Source of the DNA: an uncultured Acidobacteriota bacterium
GTDB lineage: Bacteria; Acidobacteriota; Polarisedimenticolia; J045
Direction of reading: 5' to 3'
Assembly: GCA_963702425.1 (NCBI GenBank)
Contig: CAVPCQ010000017.1
Coordinates: forward strand, 1 to 64,000
DNA length: 64,000 nt
In this document: piece by piece, positions 53,354 through 61,571 of the stretch
How the letters are laid out: each line of letters starts with the position of its first letter
How positions within the stretch are numbered: position 1 is the first letter of the stretch
Notes under the pieces: generated by a model
Database searches by the model: none
Told to the model about the DNA's origin: nothing
The model's input: the letters and a program-made list of their open reading frames with translations, nothing else
Made by a program: the position numbers and the translations under genes

Positions 53354-53764
53354 TCACCTCGGTGGCGCGCCACGGAGTCGCCACATCGACAGCACAACCA
53401 CCGCACAGCCCACGAATGCGATGCCCACCACTGCAAAGCCGCCGATGTCGACCACGGACCGTGGTGGTGCCGCTGCTACGAGAAGGGGAACGAGCACGCC
53501 GCTTAGCCCGGCGGCGAGCCAGCACAGTCGTTGCGATCTCGTGACGATGATCGCGATCGCAAGTCCTCCGACAGAGATCGACGCTGCGAGGACCGCGAGG
53601 ATGATGTATGCCGGCGATGCGGAGGCGGACAGCGGCACTCCCTGTGGAAGGTACCCGAGCATCGAACCCGCGTGTAGGAAACACCGATGGAGCACAACAC
53701 CCCACCCCACGACAGTAGTCGTGAAGCTGAGCGCTAGGACTCGGCGATACGATGCTGGTGTCAT
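53354..53764 (-). CDS. Membrane protein, candidate RHS immunity
   Basis: ATG 4 bp after RHS stop; 3-4 hydrophobic segments. Confidence 0.5.
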   Translation of the reverse strand: MTPASYRRVLALSFTTTVVGWGVVLHRCFLHAGSMLGYLPQGVPLSASASPAYIILAVLAASISVGGLAIAIIVTRSQRLCWLAAGLSGVLVPLLVAAAPPRSVVDIGGFAVVGIAFVGCAVVVLSMWRLRGAPPR

Positions 53765-53768
53765 AGCG

Positions 53769-56700
53769 TCAGCGGCCTCCCGTCCGCTTCCGCCACCAGG
53801 TAAGATCACGTGGGCGTGCGAGGTCGAACGGCGTGGGAGCGAAGTCCCCGAGCCCCGTCATCTGGTTGACGAGTGTGTAGCACTGTGCACTTGGCTCGAC
53901 GCCCGGTGGTGTCCAGGCGGGATTCCGCGAGAGCCATTCGTACCAGCGCCGTTGGTAAGTGGCATCCGAGCCGCGACGCCACCACCCCGGCTTCCAATCT
54001 CCCAATATCTTCCAGCCTGCGTAGGGGTCTCGGTCGCCGTTCAAGACGACGATCGCAGCATTCGGGGAGCACTTCGCGCAGTTCTTCGTATTCCCAAAAG
54101 CGAGGATCAGCTCGTCGCCATTGCCATCATGGTCAGGAGTCGGGTCGTCCCACACGAAGGTGACGTCTCCACCAGATCCCGGTCGATTCGGGTCCTCGCG
54201 GTAGATAACGTCGCCTCGTCGATATAGCCCGAGAACATCAACCCACTTCATGGGGTTGCTTCTGACATAGGCGTACAAGAGGGGGCTGACGACCGCACCC
54301 AGCGGGTCGGCCTCGAAATACCGTCCGATCGTCGGCTCGTAGTCGCGAAACCAGTTCTGGTAGAGGCTTGTCTCCGCGTCACTGTACTGACCAAGGAACC
54401 GGAGGTTGTTCGTGACGAGGTTCACGGGCGTCGAGTCGAGGGCTCCGAACGGCCGGTGCTCCGCGCGCCACTGGACTGTCCCGGCTGCTCCGGTCATGGC
54501 GATCGGCGTGCCGATGTGGTCGCCGTGGTAGAAGAGCAGGCTGTCAGTGAACGTGCGCTTGAAGACCTCGTACTCGTAGTGGTTGCCGTTGGTCAGCACC
54601 GCATCGTCGAAGGTCCGCGTCGGGTCCTGGACCGTGCCGATGACGACGTTCCCGTCGAACGTCTTGTCGGCGTAGTTCACGATCTGCTTGCGCCGGACGA
54701 TGTACTCGTTGTCGTTCTGGGCGAAGAGCGTCCAGTCGAGGTGAACGTTCGGACTCGACTTCGTGACGCGGAGGGCGTTCCCGAGCGTCAACTCGGACGG
54801 CGCCCAGTCGACGCGCCCGAGCGGTTCGAGACCGAGGAACACGTAGTCCTTGCCCGTTTCGTCGGCCGCGACGAGCTCAGTCAGGAGCGTTCCACTCGCG
54901 TCGTAGAAGAAGAGCGTCGTCTTGCCGCCGGCCGTCTTGCTCGCCCGGCGTCCGTCGCCGTCGTAGCCGAAGGTCGCCGTGGTGCCCGAATCGACGGTCT
55001 GCAGCCGGGCGTTGTCGCCGTACTGGTACGTGTGCGTCCCGTCGCCCGTGGTGTTGCCGCTGTTGTCGAACGCGTAGCTCGCGACCTCGCCACCCGTCGA
55101 CGCCGACAGGCGATTCGTGCTGCCGGAGTAGGTGTAGGTCGTGGCGGGAGTCGTCTCTCCCTTGCAAAGGCGGTTGCCGTTCCTGTCGTAGGTGTAGGTC
55201 GTGCTGCCGGTGCAGGCTGTCGCGGCACCCCACGGCCCGGACCCGCCGATCAACCGATGCGCCCCGTCGTAGCCGAAGACGCGGTTGTTCGCCGAATCGA
55301 GGTCGTCCACGCGGGACGTGAGGTTCCCGTCGTTGTCGAACGTGTGCGAGTAGTTCAAGCGTCCGGTCAGCGTCCACGTGCCGAGCTGATAGCGGGAGTC
55401 GTAGGACCGGCTGTCGACGAGCCCGTTGCCAAACGTGACGCTCGTGTGCGGGCCGAAGGGCTTGTACGTGAAGCTGCCCGCGACGGTCGCCGTGCTGCCG
55501 TTGACCTTGGCCGTCACCAGCGTCACGCGGTCGGAGAGGTCGTACGCGAAGTCCGCCTCGCCCTGCCGGCGTGCGGCATGAGCCGTCGGGTAGAGGATCT
55601 GTGTTCGGTTGCCGCTCTTGTCGTAGCCGTATTGCGTCGTGTAAGTCGCGCCACCGGTCGTGCGCTCGTCCTTCAGCAATAGCCCGCGGCGATCGTAGTG
55701 GAACACCGACGACCCCGCGGCGTCGCTCATTCCCGTGCGCCGCCCAACGCCGAAGGACACCGACGGCGAATCGTAGGTGTAGCTCACGTTCAAGGGCGAA
55801 GTGGGGTAGATCACGCCCGTGATGCGGTTGAGCGCGTCGTAGGTTCGCGTGGCGGTGACGCTCCGCGGGTCGGTGTTCGACGTCAGGTTCCCGGCGGGGT
55901 CGTAGGCGTTCGTCGTTGCGCCGGTGTCGGGTGAAGCAACCGTCAACTGCCAACCGAGGTCGTGATTCGTGTAGGTCGTGGTGTAACCGTTCGGGTCCTG
56001 CACGCTCGTGATTCCGTCCAGGCGGTCGTAGCCGTACGTCGTGAGCAGCGTGTCGGCCCCGGCGGTCTGCGTAGCCGTCCGGAGGCGGTTCAGCTCGTCG
56101 TAGGTGTAGCTCGTCACGTGCCCGAGCGGGTCCTGATCAGTCAGGCGGTTCCCGTCGTCGTCGTAGGTGGACTCGCTGAAGATCGAGCCCGGGTTCTCTG
56201 GCACGGTCGCGTTGTGGTACACGTACTGGAGCCGGTTGTAGGTGTCATAGGCGAAGTTCGTGAAGCGCTGCACGACGTTTGCGGGATCCTGGTACTCCTC
56301 GCGCGTCCGATTGCCCTCGGTGTCGTACGTCGAGACGATCTTGTTCCCGACCGCATCCGTCACGCTCGTCAACCGGTTCACGTTGTCATAGCCGTAGACC
56401 ACGCTCGCCGAACACCCACCGCCCGCGTCGACGCAGGTCGGGCGCTTAACCCAATCCTGGCGGCCCGCGGCGTCGTAGTGGATGATGGTCACGATGTCGT
56501 CGGCCGTCGTCGGACCGTTGATCCGCGTCTCGAGGAGCCGATCGCGCGCGTCGAACGTGGAGTCGGTCTCGACGGTGTTTGGGTCGACCACCACCGTCGC
56601 GTTGCCCCAGAGGTCGTACCCGCTGTAGGTCGTGACGTGGCCGAGCGCGTCGGTCACCTGTGAGACGCGGCCCCGGCGGTTGACGTCACTGTCGCCGTCC

Positions 56701-58439
56701 GCGTAGTAGTCGGTCGTCGTGACATCGGAGATATCGGTCCGCGGTCCGTTGACGGTCGTGACCTGGCCGTGGGCGTCGTAGGTGTAGGTCGTGGTGTACG
56801 AGAATGTGTTCGTCCCCGCGCATCCCGTCACCTGCTGCGTCAAGAGATCACCTGTCGAGGAGCTGTAGGTGTTGGTCGTCGTGCGGTTCGCGTTCGCGCA
56901 CGCGCCCACGGATTGAATCTGCTCGGTCGCAAGAAGGGTGTAGGTCGGGTGGTACGTGAAGGTCCACGTGCGTTGCAGCCCGGCCACACCGACCGCGTCG
57001 ATGCGCGTGCCTGGGTTCCCCTTCGCGTCGTAGTTCTGCCACTGGGTTCGAGTGCCGCGCCCGTCGACGCGCTCGGTCAGGTTCAGGAACCGATCATACG
57101 TCAGGCTTGTGTGCGTCCCGCCAGTTCCGCACGAGGCGCAGCCGGGACCCGTGCTCGACGTCACCAGGCCGTTGAACGAGTCGTAGGTGTAGACCGTGTC
57201 GTGGCCGAGGCTGTTCGTGACCGTCGTTTGCGTCGTCGAGTCGAACGACAGGTCGTAGGCGTAGTTGCCGCCGTCCGACTCCGTGTGCTGCACCCGGTCG
57301 TTGGCGAGGTACGTGTGGCTCTCGATCACATGGTGCAACGCGTCGCGAGCCGCTGTCAGGTTGTGCGCGTCGTTGGGATCCGCGTACTCGTAGGTCACGT
57401 CCGACGAATCCGGGAAGTCCACGCGCGTCAAGTTGCCGCCCGAATAGGTGTAGGTCACGGTCCGAGCACCGGCGACCACCGTCTGCAGTAGGCCGCCCGA
57501 GTGGTTCAGCGTGACCGAACGGCCGAAGAGGTCGGTGATCGTCGTGAGGGTCGACCCGCTGTACGCGAACGTCAGCGCGTTGCCGTTCCGATCGGCGATC
57601 TTCGTCAGCTTGCCGCCGCTGTCGAACTCGTACTTCGTCTGGTACTTGTCGGTGACGCGCCATGCCGGGGTGCCCGGCGCAGTGAGAACCAGGTGCTCGA
57701 TCCGGTTCTCGTCCCAGCCTCCCGCGGCGTTCTTGGCGAAGTATACCCGCCGGCCCGTGGCGTCGACGAACACTTTCTGGCCCGCGGTGGGCGCCTCGAG
57801 CCGGATCGAGTAGCTGTGCTGCCAGCCGTATCCGAGCGGTCCGTTGTAGGACGACTGGTTGTCGTAGCGACGGGTGAAGACGATCGGCAGCGGGCCCTGT
57901 ACAGTCAGGTCGGTCATCGCGTGAAACATCCGGCCGGTCGCGACATCGACCGGGTGCCCGACGGTGCTCTTGTTGCAGTCGGTGCACTGCGTGCACGCGC
58001 TGTAGTTGCTCTGCCACACGGCGATCGTGTTCGACTGCGGCTTCGGGCTGCACGGTGTGAGGCACAGGACCGGGCAGCGCGGCGGAGGATCCATGACGAG
58101 TTGGATCGTGTTCATGCACGAGCTGAACGCGTTGCCGTCGAGCGTGATCGTGAACGTCGTGTCGTTGCACTGGTCGGGGAACGTGCACCCGCACCCCGCG
58201 CCGGAGCAACTCACGGGGGCACCGTTGACATAGGGGGTGATCGCGAAGTTCGCGCCACCGCCGCCGCAGGTGTTCCCGGTGACCTGGAAGGTCACGTCGA
58301 CCGTCGCGGGCGGTCCGCCGCCGCTGGTCAGGAACGCTTGGTCAGTCGGAGACACGATGGTGATTACCGGCGCGGCCGAGGCGGGGAGTGCCGCCAACGC
58401 CGCGAGGATCGGAACGACTAGGAGCCGCGCTCTCGTCAT
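53769..58439 (-). CDS. Secreted RHS/YD-repeat polymorphic toxin
   Basis: Signal peptide, HPVDVATG (DUF6531-like), YD repeats, core RFLGQY..YQNWFRDY..GRYFEADP..NPMKWVDVLGL, about 150-aa C-terminal tip. Confidence 0.93.
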   Translation of the reverse strand: MTRARLLVVPILAALAALPASAAPVITIVSPTDQAFLTSGGGPPATVDVTFQVTGNTCGGGGANFAITPYVNGAPVSCSGAGCGCTFPDQCNDTTFTITLDGNAFSSCMNTIQLVMDPPPRCPVLCLTPCSPKPQSNTIAVWQSNYSACTQCTDCNKSTVGHPVDVATGRMFHAMTDLTVQGPLPIVFTRRYDNQSSYNGPLGYGWQHSYSIRLEAPTAGQKVFVDATGRRVYFAKNAAGGWDENRIEHLVLTAPGTPAWRVTDKYQTKYEFDSGGKLTKIADRNGNALTFAYSGSTLTTITDLFGRSVTLNHSGGLLQTVVAGARTVTYTYSGGNLTRVDFPDSSDVTYEYADPNDAHNLTAARDALHHVIESHTYLANDRVQHTESDGGNYAYDLSFDSTTQTTVTNSLGHDTVYTYDSFNGLVTSSTGPGCASCGTGGTHTSLTYDRFLNLTERVDGRGTRTQWQNYDAKGNPGTRIDAVGVAGLQRTWTFTYHPTYTLLATEQIQSVGACANANRTTTNTYSSSTGDLLTQQVTGCAGTNTFSYTTTYTYDAHGQVTTVNGPRTDISDVTTTDYYADGDSDVNRRGRVSQVTDALGHVTTYSGYDLWGNATVVVDPNTVETDSTFDARDRLLETRINGPTTADDIVTIIHYDAAGRQDWVKRPTCVDAGGGCSASVVYGYDNVNRLTSVTDAVGNKIVSTYDTEGNRTREEYQDPANVVQRFTNFAYDTYNRLQYVYHNATVPENPGSIFSESTYDDDGNRLTDQDPLGHVTSYTYDELNRLRTATQTAGADTLLTTYGYDRLDGITSVQDPNGYTTTYTNHDLGWQLTVASPDTGATTNAYDPAGNLTSNTDPRSVTATRTYDALNRITGVIYPTSPLNVSYTYDSPSVSFGVGRRTGMSDAAGSSVFHYDRRGLLLKDERTTGGATYTTQYGYDKSGNRTQILYPTAHAARRQGEADFAYDLSDRVTLVTAKVNGSTATVAGSFTYKPFGPHTSVTFGNGLVDSRSYDSRYQLGTWTLTGRLNYSHTFDNDGNLTSRVDDLDSANNRVFGYDGAHRLIGGSGPWGAATACTGSTTYTYDRNGNRLCKGETTPATTYTYSGSTNRLSASTGGEVASYAFDNSGNTTGDGTHTYQYGDNARLQTVDSGTTATFGYDGDGRRASKTAGGKTTLFFYDASGTLLTELVAADETGKDYVFLGLEPLGRVDWAPSELTLGNALRVTKSSPNVHLDWTLFAQNDNEYIVRRKQIVNYADKTFDGNVVIGTVQDPTRTFDDAVLTNGNHYEYEVFKRTFTDSLLFYHGDHIGTPIAMTGAAGTVQWRAEHRPFGALDSTPVNLVTNNLRFLGQYSDAETSLYQNWFRDYEPTIGRYFEADPLGAVVSPLLYAYVRSNPMKWVDVLGLYRRGDVIYREDPNRPGSGGDVTFVWDDPTPDHDGNGDELILAFGNTKNCAKCSPNAAIVVLNGDRDPYAGWKILGDWKPGWWRRGSDATYQRRWYEWLSRNPAWTPPGVEPSAQCYTLVNQMTGLGDFAPTPFDLARPRDLTWWRKRTGGR

Positions 58440-58954
58440 GGGTTCCCCCCTTCACACGTGCTCGGGATCGAGAGATATGCGATCTACGTGCCGGTTTCGC
58501 TCGGGGCGGGCTCGCCGGCAGTCCGACGACAGTGCCCTGCTACCGCTGACGCATCGCGTCCCACCGCGACGCACGAGCCAGGCAGCACCTGCAAGGGCTC
58601 GCGGGGAGCTGCCCCGTACTCGTTGGACGGCGCAGTAATGCGCAGCATCCTAGCACCCCGGCGGCCTGCGGGTCGCCGGGACTCCGCCTGTTACGGAACT
58701 GGCCTTGCAGTACCGCAAAGCGATGGGACCGGCCAGGCCCGGCCGCACCGCGCGCGCGACCCCCAAGGGCATGGGGTCCGAAAGCGCGACGCACCTGGAA
58801 CGAAACCGTAGCGACGGTGCCGTCGCTACGGCCAGCATCGAGCAGAGTGGGTGCGATTGCCGACGATCCGGCGTCCGCTCGCGCGTATCACGATATCGGG
58901 ACCACTTTGCGCTCCGGCAGGCGCCACTACCTTCGGCCGACGGCCTCCCGCGCC

Positions 58955-59277
58955 AGGAGCACAGCCCGACCGCCTACCCCGTCTTCGGCCCCAAAGAGCT
59001 CACGGTCCAGGCCGTCGCCGACTGGTTCTCCGACCGCCACGCCGACGAGTACGACCGCAAGGTCACGCCAAAGTGGGTCGGAACGATCCTCAGGAACCGC
59101 CTGCACCTCCGGACCGAGAAGCGGCACGGCGTGTTCACGCTCGCGGACAGCGAGGGACCGAAGCTCGATCTTCTGTTCGAGCGGTTCGGGGTCGCGAGCG
59201 GCGCCAACGACCCCACGTCGAAACGCTCACTCCCAGAGTCGATCAGCCCGAGCAGCCATCAAACACCGTGGGGATAA
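58955..59277 (+). pseudogene. Internally deleted paralogue of the 51985-52683 gene
   Basis: SPTAYPVFGPK joined directly to WFSDRH..YDRKVTPKWVG..LRNRLHL. Confidence 0.65.
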
Positions 59278-59311
59278 TCGAGCCGCACGCGGAATCTCCG
59301 AGGGAGAACCC

Positions 59312-59908
59312 ATGCCCGCCGATTCGAACATCTCCGTCTCGAGGCTCGTCACCCTCTTCCCCGAGACACTTCCGCTCGCTGCAGTGGTCGAGAGTGACGC
59401 CTTCACCGCTGCCGATCGTGATGCCCTGCGCGAGGCACTCCCATGGGGCACCATCTTCCATCTGAGCAACGTCTTCCACGCTCTTGCCCACGGCACCGTC
59501 ACAGAAGGCGGTCTCGCCCCGCTCCTTCGGCTGACACGGGGGACAGGTGCCAGCGGGTGTGGGCACCCCGGTGGACAACGACTCGGATCGGTTCGGGGTG
59601 TCTCCCGACCTCGGGTACGGATCCTCCGGACTCTCGGCATGAGCCTGCTGGAAATGGCTGCGCAGGTATCGGGGCTGCGGTTGCAGGCCTCGAACGTCAC
59701 GCGACTGCGGACGGTCATCGGTGACGCGGACCTCGGGACGTTCGTGGCGCTGCTGAACCGCTTGTGCGGCGAACGTGCGCGGACCATGGCGCGCCAGGGC
59801 ATCGCGCGCGACGACACGCCATCGGAGCGGCGCCCGATCAAGCGCAACGCGGCACGGTTCGCGTCGTCCCAAGGAAGGTCGACCGCCCGTCGCCCCGACC
59901 GCCCGTAG
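59312..59908 (+). CDS. Hypothetical protein
   Basis: RBS GGGAG + ATG, open frame; no motif recognised. Confidence 0.35.
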   Translation: MPADSNISVSRLVTLFPETLPLAAVVESDAFTAADRDALREALPWGTIFHLSNVFHALAHGTVTEGGLAPLLRLTRGTGASGCGHPGGQRLGSVRGVSRPRVRILRTLGMSLLEMAAQVSGLRLQASNVTRLRTVIGDADLGTFVALLNRLCGERARTMARQGIARDDTPSERRPIKRNAARFASSQGRSTARRPDRP

Positions 59909-60030
59909 CGCCGGTTCCGAGGGCGACGCGGTCGGCGCCCGATGAGCCTATTCCTCCGGGCTCGGAGTGAGCGGCAACGGGGGTCTTTGAGGAGCGGTGC
60001 TCGGCGTCGACGAAGATCCGACTTCGATCG

Positions 60031-60165
60031 GGGGACTTCGGGGACATTGGAGACTTCGCTCGGTGCAAGTACCAGGCGGATTCCGCGGCTCTTCGCCGCG
60101 CGAACCTTGGCCAAGTGCGCACCTGCCATCTCCCGGGCAACGTCCCCCTCATCCCCCAAGTCCCC
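60031..60165. repeat. Converging hexamer repeats GGGGAC/GTCCCC (ori-like)
   Basis: GGGGAC 60031, 60040, GGAGAC 60049; GTCCCC 60142, ATCCCC 60151, GTCCCC 60160. Confidence 0.65.
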
Positions 60166-60274
60166 CGAAGCGCCGCCTCGCAAGCCGAACACAGGAACGT
60201 GCCGCCTCCGGCACGTCCTCCACCCTAGGCATCCTGCGTGCAGTTGCTACGATGGACGGGTAACCAAGGAGGGA

Positions 60275-60619
60275 ATGCCCAGACGCATCAACTATCTCCG
60301 CACCCATCGCAAGCGGTGCGGACTGTCCCAGACCGACGTGGCCTTCGTGCTCGGAGCCCACGGCGGTTCGAAGGTCTCACGCTACGAATGGCAGCATCGG
60401 ACGCCACCGCTGCCGACGGTCCTCGCGCTCGAGATCCTCTTCCACGCCCCGGCCCGCGATCTCTTCGGCGGGCTCTACGCGGAGATCGAGCGCGCCACGC
60501 TCCGCCGCATCGCGCAGCTCGCGACGCGGGTCGAACGTTGTCGTCCCGGTCAACTGCGCGACCATCGTCTTGCCGCACTCCGCGGCGCCCTCGATCGCGC
60601 CAGAACGTCGCGGTCATGA
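60275..60619 (+). CDS. XRE-family HTH regulator
   Basis: RBS AAGGAGG; NYLRTHRKRCGLSQTDVAFVLG..VSRYE. Confidence 0.85.
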   Translation: MPRRINYLRTHRKRCGLSQTDVAFVLGAHGGSKVSRYEWQHRTPPLPTVLALEILFHAPARDLFGGLYAEIERATLRRIAQLATRVERCRPGQLRDHRLAALRGALDRARTSRS

Positions 60620-60829
60620 CGAGGACCCCGAAGAATCCGCTCGTTCTCGCGGTGCAGCCGTCCTGCCGCGGCTTCGGGTTCGTGCTCCTCGAAAGCTGGA
60701 GCCGGCTCGTCGACTGGGGCCTCTACGGCGCGAGGACCGCGAGGAACGACGCGTGTCTCCGACGCCTCGAGCGGCTGCTCGACGCGTATCGGCCCGATGT
60801 CGTGATCGTCGAAGACACGGCCGCTCCAG
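60616..60829 (+). pseudogene. RuvC/RNase H-fold-like protein N-terminus, truncated
   Basis: VLAVQPSCRGFGFVLL..LVDWG..YRPDVVIVED; ATGA-coupled to XRE gene. Confidence 0.5.
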
Positions 60830-61571
60830 GTCGCGCGCCTCGCGACCCGCGTGGCGGGGAGCCTTGCACGCCTGCTCACGCGCCGTGGTCTTGGACCGGA
60901 CGACGATCCCGAGCTCGCCGACCCGCTCGCCGCGGACGAGCCCTGGCTCGCGGCCCTCGCGGCGGCGTCGACCCGCGGCCGGATCGCGACCGGGCCGCGC
61001 GCCGGACAGCGCCCCCTGCGACTGGGCGACCGCGTCGATCCCGAGGATCTCCCGGCTTCCGGCGTCCCGCTCTGCGCCCAGGTCGCGGGGGTCTCGCTCC
61101 ACGCCGCCGTCGCCGTTCCGGCCCACGATCGGCAGCGGCTCGAGCGGCTTTGCCGTTACGTCGCCCGACCGCCCCTCGCCAGCGAGCGGCTCTCCCGGCT
61201 CGAGGACGGCCGCCTGCTCTACCGGCTCAAGCGCCGCTGGCGCGACGGCACGACGGCGCTCGTCTTCGAGCCGCTCGAATTGATCGAGCGGCTCGCCGCG
61301 CTGGTGCCGCCGCCGCGCCGACACCTCGTCCGCTACCACGGGGTCCTCGCCCCCGCCTCCGCGCTGCGCCCGTGGATCGTGCCCCATCCGCCCACCGAGG
61401 ACGGGATCCCCGCCGACGACGTCACATCCAAGCCGTCACCTCCGGCACCTGGCCTCACGTCGCCGGGTGCGCGGCCTCCCGGCGCACGGTCTCCCGACCC
61501 CCGCGGCCGCTACCTCTCCTGGGCCGAGTTACTGCGCCGAGTGTTCGCTCTGGACGCCCTCCGCTGCCCGC
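60830..61571 (+). pseudogene. IS91/ISCR-like Y2 transposase C-terminal half, interrupted by element A copy
   Basis: [36 protein letters not shown]. Confidence 0.88.

Noticed and set aside
58806-58831. 12-bp perfect inverted repeat CCGTAGCGACGG-TG-CCGTCGCTACGG
   Set aside because: Real but single, with no context to assign a function
2284-61571. Recurring TACCTCTCCTGGGCCGAGTTACTGCG block as CRISPR or REP repeat
   Set aside because: Copies are kilobases apart and are IS91-like coding sequence; no spacers or cas genes
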